Numbered from the stretch's first letter, positions 41,670 through 54,478 are shown. The stretch is 64,000 nt of DNA from Eledone cirrhosa (GCA_964016885.1 OZ024742.1:347944001-348008000); one strand, 5' to 3'. The notes: generated by a model not told the origin, from the sequence alone. Made by a program: numbers and translations.

Positions 41670-44487
41670 ACTCTGTGATGGGGTTTTCAGCATTACTGGG
41701 TACAACCTTTTCCGCAAGGACCGCATTAATCGCTGTGGTGGTGGTGTGATGGTCTACGTTCGTTCAAACTTTTCGGTAATTCCTTGCGTTGATTTGAACG
41801 AATCACAGGAAGAAGTTTTTTTCTGTGACATACGTATGACCATGTCAACACTTCTGCTTGGTGTTGTTTATCGCCCCCAAACTACCATCAGGACACACAT
41901 CTTTGCGATATCCTCTGAGTTGCTGCCAAGAAAACAGCCATTTATGTGTTTATTGCAGGTGATTTCAATCATCCTGAGATCGATTGGGAAACCTTTCGTT
42001 GGCCACAAGGTGCAAACGATTTCCTTGAACTAGTGCTGGACTTAAACTGGTCACAAGTAGTCACCTCTCCAACAAGAGGTGACAATACTTTGGACCTGAT
42101 CTTCACCACTACTCCTGAAATGGTTATCAGTTGTACTACTGAGGAACCTCTAGGCAACTCTGATCATGCTATGATCATTGCCAATCTGGCTCTTGCGGGC
42201 AGCAACAAAAACCAGAGCCATCTCCAATCTGCTTGCTTTGATTGGAAGAAAGCAGATTGGAACTTGTACTGCACTGAGCTACAGCGCCCAAACTGGCATG
42301 AGATGTATAACTCTGGAGATGTGAACACTATACTCCAGAGCATCCTGGACTCAATATGGATAGCATGTGCAGCATCGGTGCCACGTAAGCAGAAAAAAAC
42401 CCACCCCAAAAGTGCAATTTGGGAAACTTCAGCGGTCCGACTTGCCAGGAAAGAACGTTGGAACGCTGAACGGGAATATAAACTGCATAAATCAGATGCC
42501 AACAGAAAAAACGGAATAAATCTTCTAACCATCTCAAGCAAGTGACAAAGAAGGCAGTGCTTCAATTTGAACAGTGCATAGCAACCAATCCTGACAGTAA
42601 GGTGTTCTGGAAATATGTTCATTCAAAGCAGAGACCTCACTCTCCAGTTGGTCCTCTTCGCAATCCCCACACAAGCCAGATCACTGACGATCCCAAAGAA
42701 TGCGCAGAATTCATTACTGAGTGCTATGCAAGTATTTTTACTGTTGAAAACCAGAATGTATCATCTCCACCATCTCTAACATCAAATTCCATAACAACTA
42801 TGGAATTTACACCTGCAATGCTGCGATGACACCTTAAGAATAAGCGCAACTATGCCTGCCCTGGTCCTGATGGTGTTACATACCTGCTTCTCAAACGTGG
42901 CGGGTACTTCCTTTTGCACCAGCTTTCTTTCTTCTTTCAATACTGTCTCAACAATGGTGCTACTCTGGAGCAGTGGAAAACTGCCAGTGTCATTCCCCTG
43001 TTCAAAAAGGGCAACCGCATGTCACCTGTACAAATATCGCCCAGTCAGTCTTACTAGCTGTATGGCCAAACTGATGGAATCCTGTGTCAGAGAAACACCT
43101 TGGAACTTCTGGAGCTCTTACAGCCGCATCTGGCCCTCACAGTTTGGATTTATCCCTAACTCCAGCTGCTGTGATCAGCTTATCGAGTTCCTTGAAGACA
43201 TTACCCGGATCACTGACAGCGGCTCATGGGTGGATGTTGTTTACCTTGACTTCGCTAAGGCTTTGAATTCTGTGCCACACAAAAGACTTATGGCAAAAAT
43301 CTCTCTGCAATGGGTGTGAGGGATGATCTTTTCGACTGGTTGAAATCCTTCATTCTCAGCCGAAAAGAGGTAGTCACAGTTCTAGGACAGCATTCTTCAC
43401 CATATGGGATGTTATCTGGTGTACCACAGGGATCTGTTCTTGGTCCCCTTTTGTTTGTGGCATATATTAATGACATAGATGCCAACTTACAGAATGCCAC
43501 GGTACTGAAATATGCAGATGACATCAAGCTGTACCTTGAAATCAAAAGGACTGATCCTGAAATCTACAACTCTTTCCTACAATCAGACCTGGACACAATG
43601 CAGCAATAGATCACAGACTGGCAACTGAAGCTGGCTGTGGACAAGTGTACCACCATGCATTTTGGGAGGAAAAATCCAGCGTCCACATACTCCCTCCACG
43701 ACACTGATATCAAGAAGTCCTCTTGTGAACGTGACCTGGGCATTACCGTCAGCAGCGATTTGCGTTGGACAAAGCATGTCTCTAAGATTGTCAAGAAGGC
43801 CGAGGGTGTCTTGGCATCACTCAGCAAGACCTTTGTTAGCCGCTCTACAGCCATTTATTTAAAACTGTATACAGCTATGGTACGACCTCATTTGGAATTC
43901 GCATCATCAGTCTGGAACCCCTATCTTGCTCAGAACATTGACCTCCTTGAAACTGTTCAGAGACGTGCAACCAAGCGCATACCCTCCATCAGACACCTAC
44001 CATACTCTGAGCGCCTTGCTTCCCTGGGCATGGATTCATTGAAGCTCCGACGTCTGGCAATGGACTTGGTAAATACCCACAAAGTTATTAACCATCTCGC
44101 CAATTGCAACCCTGAGCACCTTTTTGATCTCCATGTGTCTAACACACGTGGACATGCCTACAAAATCAGAAAATAGCACAGCTCCCATGACTTTCGTAAA
44201 CATTTTTTCACACTCAGAGTTGCTGAAGCATGGAACAAACTGCCTGCGTCAATTGTTAGCTGCTGAGACACTGCATCCTTTAAGACACTCATGCTTCCCG
44301 AAATACGCCAAAACTACACCTGATGTACCCCTTCCATACACATGCACATATACATGTGTGTATCATGACTCATGCACTGTTCATTTTCCTGATGTTTGTA
44401 TATTACCCTATGTACTATACATACACTTTTTGATGAGTTGTAGTGCACCTGAGCACTGTACACAATATTTCATTATTATTATATTAT
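41670..44487 (+). mobile_element. CR1-like LINE, most of ORF2 (APE + RT), decayed
   Basis: GYNLFRKDR..GGGVMVYV, GDFNHP, LDL, NSDH, YRPVSL, GVPQGSVLGP, YADD, RPHLEF; (ATT)n tail. Confidence 0.93.
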
Positions 44488-45073
44488 ATATATCAGTATT
44501 CTGATGATTTGGTTGGGTATCGACTGTAATTAAAATCAAGTGATGTGACTTCTAAGGATCAGCGATTTTTAGACACACTGGACTAACGAAACAATTGTTA
44601 ATACTGTAAATAAACCCTATTGTACAGCCGACCACGTTATTCTTCACTCTTTTACTATTATTACTCCAAGAACCGCCTGCCTAGGAATTTTCTTAAACTG
44701 GCCACCTGACTAACGGAACTTCTTGTTGAGTCAAACAACGGTGAACGTTAAAACTATCCTCGATACAGAATACTCATAACCTCTACTTGGATTACCTTAA
44801 ACGATACCTTGTCATCTTATATATATATGTGTGTATATATATATGTTGTTGCTGGGTGACTCTTGAGTGCTACTGGTAACATGTAACCCAGTACAACCTG
44901 TTGCATGGTTGGGTTGTTGGCGACTAAACTGGCAACCCCACCAAGTTTACTTGGTGAGGAGGGTGATTTTGGAAACCCTGCAGGACAAAAAACAAAACCT
45001 GACAAAGGGCAGAAGAGCTCATAAGAGTCAACGGCGATCCAAAAATGTGTATATACATGTATGCATGTGTATT

Positions 45074-45167
<94 letters not shown>

Positions 45168-45696
45168 ATATACATGCATGCATGTGTATGTATATGCATG
45201 GAGACATAGAAATAATCAGGCTGGATACATGATCACGCGGTTAAACCATTGGGAGTGAAGGACCCCTAGCCTTTGTCAGGGCATTCTTCTAGGAGAAGGC
45301 AACTCAGGAAACTGGCATAACTCTGACATAAAACCTGGGGCTCAGAAGTTACCGATGATGTTGATCTTTTCTTCTTTTCGGGTTATAGCTACTGTCGCTC
45401 AGGGGTGGGATTAGCTCAGTGCACAGTCTTTCCTCACTTTAAAAAGATCTTCATGCACAGGCATTGCACAATAGCATTAATTGATAATTATTAATAATGT
45501 TGTATTGTCCAATGGCCATACTTGATAATGAGGGAGGCAGCCATCATATGTATATATATATATATATATATATAAATGATATAGATATTCCAGTAGGTAT
45601 TAAGTACCCACGGAAATATATATGGTGTCTATAATAGTGGTTGAGAAAGCGATACATCTACATCTACGTGGATTTATGTCTAGTAGGTTTGGAAAA

Positions 45697-45776
45697 GCTA
45701 TCTGAAGAGCTATATCTTTCCATTGAAAATTCTCTGAATTTCCAATCTTTTGATAAGCGAAACCGTCGGTCATGGC
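45697..45776 (+). ncRNA. Type I hammerhead ribozyme with canonical core and extended stem II
   Basis: GCTAT-CTGAAGA-[GC...GC]-GAAA-CCGTCGG-TC-ATGGC. Stem I GCTAT/ATGGC, GUC cleavage triplet, predicted cut after 45771. Confidence 0.8.
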
Positions 45777-45846
45777 ATCAGAAGAGGTAAATATTTAAAT
45801 TGTATTTTAATTTATTTAAAAGATTGTTTAATGTTTACTTGTTCCG

Positions 45847-45889
<43 letters not shown>

Positions 45890-45896
<7 letters not shown>

Positions 45897-48456
45897 TTAA
45901 AATAACAGATTAAAGTTTAAGCAAAGAATCGCTGCTTTCACCCTTAACGGGATCTTCTGAAACTAACAAAGTCAATCTGTAAACGCAGAAGTGGATATTT
46001 CAAAAAACGTTGCAACCGGAGGAAGTCAGGAAGACGATACTTTGGTTCGTGGAAACGTTCCCTGGCAAAGAACGGGGAAAACACGAATATAATACGTCAT
46101 TATTTGGAGTGATGAAAAACAATTACACGCAAAGACAGGACCACGTTTATGGTATAAAAGAGGTCGTAGACAAATGTTCTCTTAGGTGGTTCATAGAGAC
46201 GTTCTCTGGCAATGAACGGAAAAAACGAAGATAATACGTCATATGTGGAGCGTAGAGAACAATTGCACGCAAAGACAAAACCACATAAATGGTATAATTG
46301 AAGTCGTAGACTAAAATTCTAACTAGGAAACCGAATGATTCTCCGCTTCAGAGTTAAGAATAAAGTAAATAAAATACAATACAGAGGTAATTGAAATGAA
46401 ATAAATACATACACGCGTCCAAATACGTACATACACAAGCATACGCGAAAACACTCGCCATAGGTATACAAAACCACGCACATATAAATATGTGTGTGTG
46501 TGTGCGTGTATACAAATAAATAAATAATTAAATAAACGTATATAAATAAATAAATACGTATATAACAAGCGCACACACACATACCTACATGTAAATACAC
46601 AAATGTTCGGGGACGACCGTCAACCAAAACATGAAGTACACATATATATACACCCAACATACGTACGAACCCGCAAACTCACACAGACGCAAAACTCCCG
46701 TATACACATAACCAAAAGTATATGTACCAGAATATATAAAAATATACGCCATAACATATACAATCAAATATACGTACGAGAAAGTATACGTACCTTCACA
46801 AAACAATCAGGTAATAAATACTCACCTATGCAAATAAGTAATGGTATAAACATAACATATACTTAGCTACCACATCAAGACGTAAAATATCCACGTATAG
46901 ATCGTACTATCCATTAGGGTATAATGTGGGGCTGTAATACAGGAAAGTTTTGTGCAATTTATGTTTACAAGCCGAAATTGCCTCAGATTTTTTGTTTAAG
47001 ATGTGGTCTGTGGCGTAGAGTATTTCCAGGGCCTCAGCGGCGCAGAGGTCACATGATCTTTTATTTCCGTTATACGATCTAGCCCTAGCTAGGATCTCCC
47101 AGTGTAACTTATATTGGGTGTGGTTGTCTTTTAGACTCCAGATATAAGCTGAAAGTGACGTCATATTCCTTCTTAGAGGGTAACGAAAAGAATGGGTATG
47201 CATGTAAAGACGCTGCTTGAATCTATTGGCGGTTAACCCTATTTAGGCCCTACGGGACGTGGGTGTTTCAACCTTACATTTGTAGACAATGTTACTAGAG
47301 AGGCATTTCCTGGATAGGGGGCAATCAACCCAATTCCGACAATTACAGTTAGTACTAACTACAGGGTTGCACGTGTTCCTACGGCTAGGTAGTTTAGCTA
47401 AATTTGAAGCTGTGATGTTATGTGCAAGGTTAGGAGTCGTAGAGTAAAACATTTTAATTGTATTTCTATTAAAAATTTTACTATATTTATGTGTAGGGGG
47501 AAAATGCTTCGTAATATGGGATAGAAAGATCTTAGCTAATGGTGTGGCCACCTCCATATTATATGGTGGGTTATACCATCTAATGCGACGGGATCTATTT
47601 CTTCTAGGTCTATTCTCGTACTCTGTATATGCTACCTTATCGACAAATCCACCCCGAGCAAGAGCTTCATTGTAATAAGTGGAATGGTCGTTGAAAATAT
47701 TCTCGTTAGTAGATAGACGGGAAAGCCTCAACGAAACGTTTCTTACCAGGTTCTTGGTTATGCTGGCAGGATGGTTGGAATGCTTACTTATGTAATTAAG
47801 CATATCATTCGGCTTTCTATACGGGTAATACAAGCCATTCGATAAATTTAGGGTAACGTCGAGGTAATTAACGACCGAGAGGTTGGCCTCAACCTGTATA
47901 GAGAGGTTGAAGCCTTTAAAGAAGGCTGTGAGTTCTTTTCTGAACCTGTCGCAAGCACGAGGGCCGCACTTAGTCATGGTCAAAAGACCATCATCACGGT
48001 ACAAACCACCGCCCGCGTTGGGGAATTTGTCCTTGATAGAGAAATGAAGAAAAAGGCCGATAAGATCAGTAACCTCCGCAGAATCGCTGGCGCCCATACT
48101 CACGTCGAATGGGGTAGTATTGGATTTTTTAATCCAAATAGAGTCGTCGAAATTAATCACCGACTTACGGGCATTGAGGATGACATCAACTTCGAAATCC
48201 TTAACCACTGTGATTGTTTTGGCGAAATTGATAGCTCTAAGGAGAAATGACGTATTATATTCGTTTTTTCCCGTTCTTTGCCAGGGAACGTTTCCACGAA
48301 CCAAAGTATCGTTTCCCTGTCTTCCTCCGGTTGCAACGTTTTTTGAAATATCCACTTCTGCGTTTACAGATTGACTTTGTTAGTTTCAGAAGATCCCGTT
48401 AAGGGTGAAAGCAGCGATTCTTTGCTTAAACTTTAATCTGTTATTTTAATAAATAT
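45890..48456 (-). mobile_element. Penelope-like element (Naiad/Chlamys-type RT + GIY-YIG), 5'-truncated, with ~210-bp inverted termini
   Basis: FDVSMGASDSAEV, GLYRDDGL, YLDV, WYNPPY, CNC..CP..C, IVY..*IG, CDLC..CKH. Inverted repeats at 45890-46101 and 48246-48456. Confidence 0.9.
48382..48432 (+). ncRNA. Hammerhead-like motif in the Penelope terminal repeat (variant core); second copy at 45914-45964 on the minus strand
   Basis: AGTTT-CAGAAGA-TCCC GTTAA GGGT-GAAA-GCA..TGC-TT-AAACT. Confidence 0.55.
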
Positions 48457-48491
48457 TTGCTCTACGGTTCTTATATATTTGATATATATTT

Positions 48492-49490
48492 ACCGAGAAA
48501 ACTGGGCGCCTGGCACACTGAGTGTGCCCAGGCGCTCACCGCCCTCTGGCAGGCGGATCCGGTTATCAGTGGAGACTCCACCGCAACATTCTATAGAGGG
48601 CTGGTACGCAGCAGGTGCGACGACGCCCTCGGAGAAGCCCTAGACATGGAGGAGGACGAACTGGCCGGCCTGTTCGGTAGAACATTCAGCCCGGGACCTA
48701 TGGACAACTTCCAGAAGTCCCTGGCCTGGCAGTGCTACCGAGGGGCTTTACCCGTTCGAGAAAGGCTCTACAGACACGGGCGCCCGGGTAGGGACCCCGC
48801 CAAAAAGATCTGTCCCAGATGCGTGTGCGACGAGGAAACCGTTGCACACGCATTGGTACACTGCTCGGGCGTAGCCGATCTGTGGGGCTATGTCGAACAA
48901 CTGCTGTCAAGGGTAGGACCGATCCGGTTGACCACCGAGTCTATTGTAATGATCAAGCCGCCTCCCCACTTCAAAGATGAAGCAGAGGCGGTGTTTCTGT
49001 GCGTAATAGCCATGGCGAAAGAGGTTGTATGGTGGACGCGTCTGAAAGGACTGAGGTCAGGCACCTTTCTCTCTGGCCAACAACTGGTCCGTTTCTTCCG
49101 ATATCATTTCGGAAGAAGGATCAGGATGGAGAGAGAGGTGCTGCACCCCAGTCGTTTTTATGAAAGGTGGGTGAAAGTGGCGAGAATGGCCCGTGTGAAT
49201 GGGCCTTCTCTTTACATAAGCCTGTAGGTGGAAAAGAGGAAGGAACGAGGGAGCACCCCCTCTCTGTGCTCCTGAGGAAAAGGGTTGCACACTTTTTTCG
49301 GGGGTGTGTGCGACCCCCCAAGGCGCCTCCCCTCTATTGAGGATTTTGTTAAAAATTTTATTTTTTGTTATATCTTATTTTATTTTTATATTTTGTTATT
49401 GCCTCCTCCTTATTGAGGACGCCTTTTTGTGTAAACTCCCCCCTTTGTACTTGTCCCACTTTTGATGCCCTAGTGGCAAATAAAAGAAAC
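48492..49490 (+). mobile_element. L1/Tx1-clade LINE 3' fragment
   Basis: zf-RVT-type LAW..ALPVRERL..CPRC..EETVAHALVHC..LW; T-rich 3' UTR ending in AATAAAAG near 49479. Confidence 0.85.
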
Positions 49491-49548
49491 TTATATATTT
49501 ATCCTTATCGAGTCCTCTTTGGATTTTAGTCTTCAAATTTATTATTAT

Positions 49549-49621
<73 letters not shown>

Positions 49622-50196
49622 TATATAGTGGTCAAAGATCACAACACACACCAGCCAGTAAAAGGTTGACATGTTCAATTGTTCTGATTCTCTGATGGGC
49701 AGAACCTCACATACGAAGGGAGATTCACTGAAAGAGCAATTCTAATTTGTGGGGCTCGTTCTTGTGAGTAACCGAGTCCTTCCTGATAGCAGTGAGTACC
49801 TTCAGGTCTCAAATAATGACACCCGTCCCCACCCAGCTTTTTAAATTTAGCTAATCAGTCTCCGGCAAAATTTTATTTTACTTGGTAGCATTCCTGCGAC
49901 AATTTTATTTAGACATCAAAAATACATTATACATGACAAACTTACATTACAAGACATTCCATGTGTTATAAAATAAAGATGGGATGCTTTTGCGGTCTTG
50001 TTCCAGGGCACAGTTCCAACACTGCCCCACCCTAGACCTATATTCCACCCCACCGCTTATTCCACCACCCGCTTATTCCAACTCCAACCCTCATATAATT
50101 TGGATCCCGAGAAGACGAAAATGTTTTGAGGACTCAGGACCCTAGAAGTTTCCATTGCTATAGTTTTGTTGATAAACCTATCGGAGTAAGAATACG

Positions 50197-52615
50197 GTGA
50201 TAGTAGTGGTGGTGGTGTCAGTGGTGGTGGTGGTGGTAATGGTGGTAGTGGTAGTGGTGGAGGAGGAGGTGGTGGTGGTGTCAGTGGTGGTGGCGGTGGT
50301 GGTATCAGTGGTGGAGGTGGTGGTGGTGGTGGTGGTGGTGTCAGTGGTGGTGGTGGTGGTAGTGGTGGTGGAGGTGGTGGTGTCAGTGGTGGTGGTGGTA
50401 GTGGTGGTGGAGGTGGTGGTGGTAGGGTGGTGGAGCTGGTGGTGTCAGTGGTGCTGCTGGTGGTGGTGTCAGTGGGTGGTGGTGTCATGGTGCTGATGGT
50501 GTCAGTGCTGGTGGCGGTGGTGGTGGTGCTGTCAGTGGTGCTGTCAGTGGTGGCGGTGGTGGTGGTGCTGTCAGTGGTGGTGGTGCTGTCAGTGGTGGCG
50601 GTGGTGGTGGTGCTGTCAGTGGTGGTGGTGTTAGTGGTGGTGTCAGTGGTGGTGGTGTTAGTGGTGGTGTCAGTGGTTAGTGGTGGTGTCAGTGGTGGTG
50701 GTGTTAGTGGTGGTGTCAGTGGTTAGTGGTGGTGTCAGTGGTGGTGGTGTTAGTGGTGGTGTCAGTGGTGGTGGTGGTGGTGGTGGTGTCAGTGGTGGTG
50801 GTGTTAGTGGTGGTGTCAGTGGTGGTGGTGTTAGTGGTGGTGTCAGTGGTTAGTGGTGGTGTCAGTGGTGGTGGTGGTGGTGGTGGTGTCAGTGGTGGTG
50901 GTGTTAGTGGTGGTGTCAGTGGTGGTGGTGGTGTTAGTGGTGGTGTCAGTGGTTAGTGGTGGTGGTGGTGTCAGTGGTGGTGGTATTAGTGGTGGTGGTG
51001 GTGTTAGTGGTGGTGTCAGTGGTGGTGGTGGTGGTGTTAGTGGTGGTGGTGGTGGTGTTAGTGGTGGTGTCAGTGGTTAGTGGTGGTGGTGGTGTCAGTG
51101 GTGGTGGTATTAGTGGTGGTGGTGGTGTTAGTGGTGGTGTCAGTGGTGGTGGTGGTGGTGTTAGTGGTGGTGGTGGTGGTGTTAGTGGTGGTGTCAGTGG
51201 TGGTGGTGGTGGTGTCAGTGGTGGTGGTGGTGGTGTTAGTGGTGGTGTCAGTGGTGGTGGTGGTGGTGTTAGTGGTGGTGTCAGTGGTGGTGGTGGTGGT
51301 GTCAGTGGTGGTGGTGGTGGTGTTAGTGGTGGTGTCAGTGGTGGTGGTGGTGGTGTTAGTGGTGGTGTCAGTGGTGGTGGTGGTGGTGTTAGTGGTGGTG
51401 TCAGTGGTGGTGGTGGTCTTAGTGGTGGTGTCAGTGGTTAGTGGTGGTGGTGGTGTCAGTGGTGGTGGTATTAGTGGTGGTGGTGGTGTTAGTGGTGGTG
51501 TCAGTGGTGGTGGTGGTGGTGTTAGTGGTGGTGGTGGTGGTGTTAGTGGTGGTGTCAGTGGTTAGTGGTGGTGGTGGTGTCAGTGGTGGTGGTATTAGTG
51601 GTGGTGGTGGTGTTAGTGGTGGTGTCAGTGGTGGTGGTGGTGGTGTTAGTGGTGGTGGTGGTGGTGTTAGTGGTGGTGTCAGTGGTGGTGGTGGTGGTGT
51701 CAGTGGTGGTGGTGGTGGTGTTAGTGGTGGTGTCAGTGGTGGTGGTGGTGGTGTTAGTGGTGGTGTCAGTGGTGGTGGTGGTGGTGTCAGTGGTGGTGGT
51801 GGTGGTGTTAGTGGTGGTGTCAGTGGTGGTGGTGGTGGTGTTAGTGGTGGTGTCAGTGGTGGTGGTGGTGGTGTCAGTGGTGGTGGTGGTGGTGTTAGTG
51901 GTGGTGTCAGTGGTGGTGGTGGTGTTAGTGGTGGGTGGTGTTAGTGGTGGTGTCAGTGGTGGTGGTGGTGTTGACAGTGGTGGTGGTGTTAGTGGTGGTG
52001 GTGGTGGTGTCAGTGGTGGTGTCAGTGGTTAGTGGTGATGGTGGTGTCAGTGTTGGTGGTGTTAGTGGTGGTGTCAGTGGTTAGTGGTGGTGGTGGTGTC
52101 AGTGGTGGTGGTGTTAGTGGTGGTGGTGTTAGTGGTGGTGGTGGTGGTGTCAGTGGTGGTGTCAGTGGTTAGTGGTGATGGTGGTGTCAGTGTTGGTGGT
52201 GTTAGTGGTGGTGTCAGTGGTGGTGGTGGTGGTGGTGTCAGTGGTGGTGGTGTTAGTGGTGGTGGTGTTAGTGGTGGTGGTGGTGTCAGTGGTGGTGGTG
52301 TTAGTGGTGGTGTCAGTGGTTAGTGGTGGTGTCAGTGGTTAGTGGTGGTGTCAGTGGTGGTGGTGGTGGTGTTAGTGGTGGTGTCAGTGGTGGTGGTGGT
52401 GGTGTCAGTGGTGGTGGTGTTAGTGGTGGTGGTGTTAGTGGTGGTGGTGGTGTCAGTGGTGGTGGTGTTAGTGGTGGTGTCAGTGGTGGTGGTGTTAGTG
52501 GTGGTGTCAGTGGTGGTGGTGTTAGTGGTGGTGTCAGTGGTGGTGGTGTTAGTGGTGGTGTCAGTGGTGGTGGTGTTAGTGGTGGTGTCAGTGGTGGTGG
52601 TGGTGGTGGTGTCAT
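50197..52615. repeat. (GGT)n compound satellite with GTCAGT/GTTAGT interruptions
   Basis: Directly visible; 124-bp and 485-bp higher-order periodicity. Confidence 0.97.
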
Positions 52616-52699
52616 GGAGGAATGCAATAGATTGCTGCTGGAGGTTATTTCAACAATTCAATAAAAAACACAAAATCCGACATTTCATTCAATTTCCTA

Positions 52700-53252
52700 C
52701 TTGCTTTCATCACTTCATCTCTTTCATCCTCCCTAACTTATTTCTCCTACCCACCCAATCTTGTTTTGTCTCTTTCATCTTTCAACTGCCACCTTAATTC
52801 TTACAATTTCCCCCTCTCTCATCGCTTCATTTCTTTCATCTTCCTACCATCGTTTTTTTCTTTTATTCCTTTCAATCTCCACTTCCCTCTCCTTATGGCT
52901 TTCATTCCTTTCCTTTTCTTCCTCACTTGTGTCTTATAGTCCTTCCATCCTCTCCTCCTCCTCCTCTTCTCCCCCTCTCTTATGTCTTTTTATTCATTCC
53001 CCTACATCTTCTCCGTCATCACTCCTCATTCTCTGCCCCTTATACTTTTTTTTATTAATTCCCTTTACCTCTCTTCCTCCCATCCATTCCTTCACCCTCT
53101 CTTTCTCCCATCGTTCTTTAACCCTCTCTTTCTTCTCCTCCTCTCATGCATTCCTTCAGTCTCTTTCTTCTCCTCCCATCCATTCCCGTTCCTCCTCTCT
53201 TTCTCCTCATCTACCCCCATTCATCTCTTTACCCTCCCCTCCTCCTCCCTCT
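52700..53252 (+). repeat. Low-complexity polypyrimidine tract
   Basis: About 550 bp of strongly C/T-biased sequence. Confidence 0.85.
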
Positions 53253-53256
53253 AAAG

Positions 53257-53350
53257 ATCATGTACAACCATATATCCCACCACGTGACAGAGTCGTCTGC
53301 CTTCTTCCAGTTTTACTAAACAACAACATAACCAACCATGATAGAGTGTC
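53257..53350 (+). other. Candidate host-gene exon (94 nt)
   Basis: Polypyrimidine tract then AAG acceptor; GTAAGT donor at 53351; one frame open throughout; internal ACCATG. Confidence 0.35.
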
Positions 53351-53613
53351 GTAAGTACGTCGTCATCATTACAATACTACTTAGTATTAACAACATACTG
53401 TTTGTTAGTTACGTTTAATGTTTATTATAGCTACCTTTTTCGACATTTATACATTTGTTAGTTTTATTATTAGCAGTCTTATTATATTCATGTAATAATA
53501 ATAATTTTCATCAACTTTCACATCTACAACCCTGTTAGATTCGTATCTGTTACGGTGATGTTTCTCTTGCTTTAACCATAATATAATATATACATACACG
53601 TGTGTATGTATAT

Positions 53614-53660
<47 letters not shown>

Positions 53661-53720
53661 CTAGAGGAGGATGCGTGCCACCAGGTTGTATATGTCCGTA
53701 TGTAACGACGGCAGGGATCA

Positions 53721-53766
<46 letters not shown>

Positions 53767-53769
<3 letters not shown>

Positions 53770-53898
53770 TGACTGAGAGAAAGGAGTACTCAATACCGAA
53801 ATAGAGTTTTAATATTCAGTTTAAGGCTGAATAATGAGTCGTGATACTCTGGAGTTTCGCCTGTTTATCACAGGGTCATCAGACGAGATTACACATAC

Positions 53899-53941
<43 letters not shown>

Positions 53942-54070
53942 TTCCGGGTTCAATCGGGGGTAACTGCATTTAGTAAAGTACTCAATATATTCGTAGTGTG
54001 TAAACAACAAGTTTAATATAAAAATGGCTTCTAGAGGACTAGAACTGTTTCATTCAAAAGAAAGCATCAT
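53767..54070 (-). mobile_element. Two short pLTR/retrozyme-like remnants in TA tracts, one with a near-complete hammerhead (53839-53886)
   Basis: Minus strand TCGT-CTGATGA-C-CCTGT GATAA ACAGG-C-GAAA-CTC CA GAG-TA-TC-ACGA; shared GTACTCAATA motif. Confidence 0.6.
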
Positions 54071-54080
54071 GGCTTTCTTG

Positions 54081-54140
<60 letters not shown>

Positions 54141-54356
54141 TAAGGTGGTGTGTTGGTAGGGTCGTTATAACATCGGGGCTAAACTCTTTTTTCATATTCT
54201 TCCCGGATCTCCCTTATGTTGAAATGCTGTCCAAATCAATCTAAATAAACTACCAGAAAACTACTGGGACTGATCCTTCTTCTCTTTCTCACCTTTTCTG
54301 TGTCTCCCCTTAATCGGATGGGGTCAGGTCCGGACACGCCGCATGTCTGTATAGTG

Positions 54357-54400
<44 letters not shown>

Positions 54401-54441
54401 GTGTGTGATATTTATATATATATATATATATATATATAATG

Positions 54442-54478
<37 letters not shown>

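Noticed and set aside
47243-47245. In-frame stop in the Penelope GIY-YIG as possible selenocysteine recoding
   Set aside because: The codon is TAA replacing the Tyr of YIG, not TGA at a Cys position; an ordinary nonsense mutation.
48246-48355. N-terminus of the 370-aa Penelope ORF
   Set aside because: Read-through from the inverted terminal repeat, not real RT sequence.
50600-52600. Telomere-like GTTAGTGG
   Set aside because: Not TTAGGG arrays; derived from GGT repeats.
50057-52797. Poly-Pro, Val and Gly-Ser ORFs
   Set aside because: Translations of the (GGT)n satellite; frame-breaking units present.
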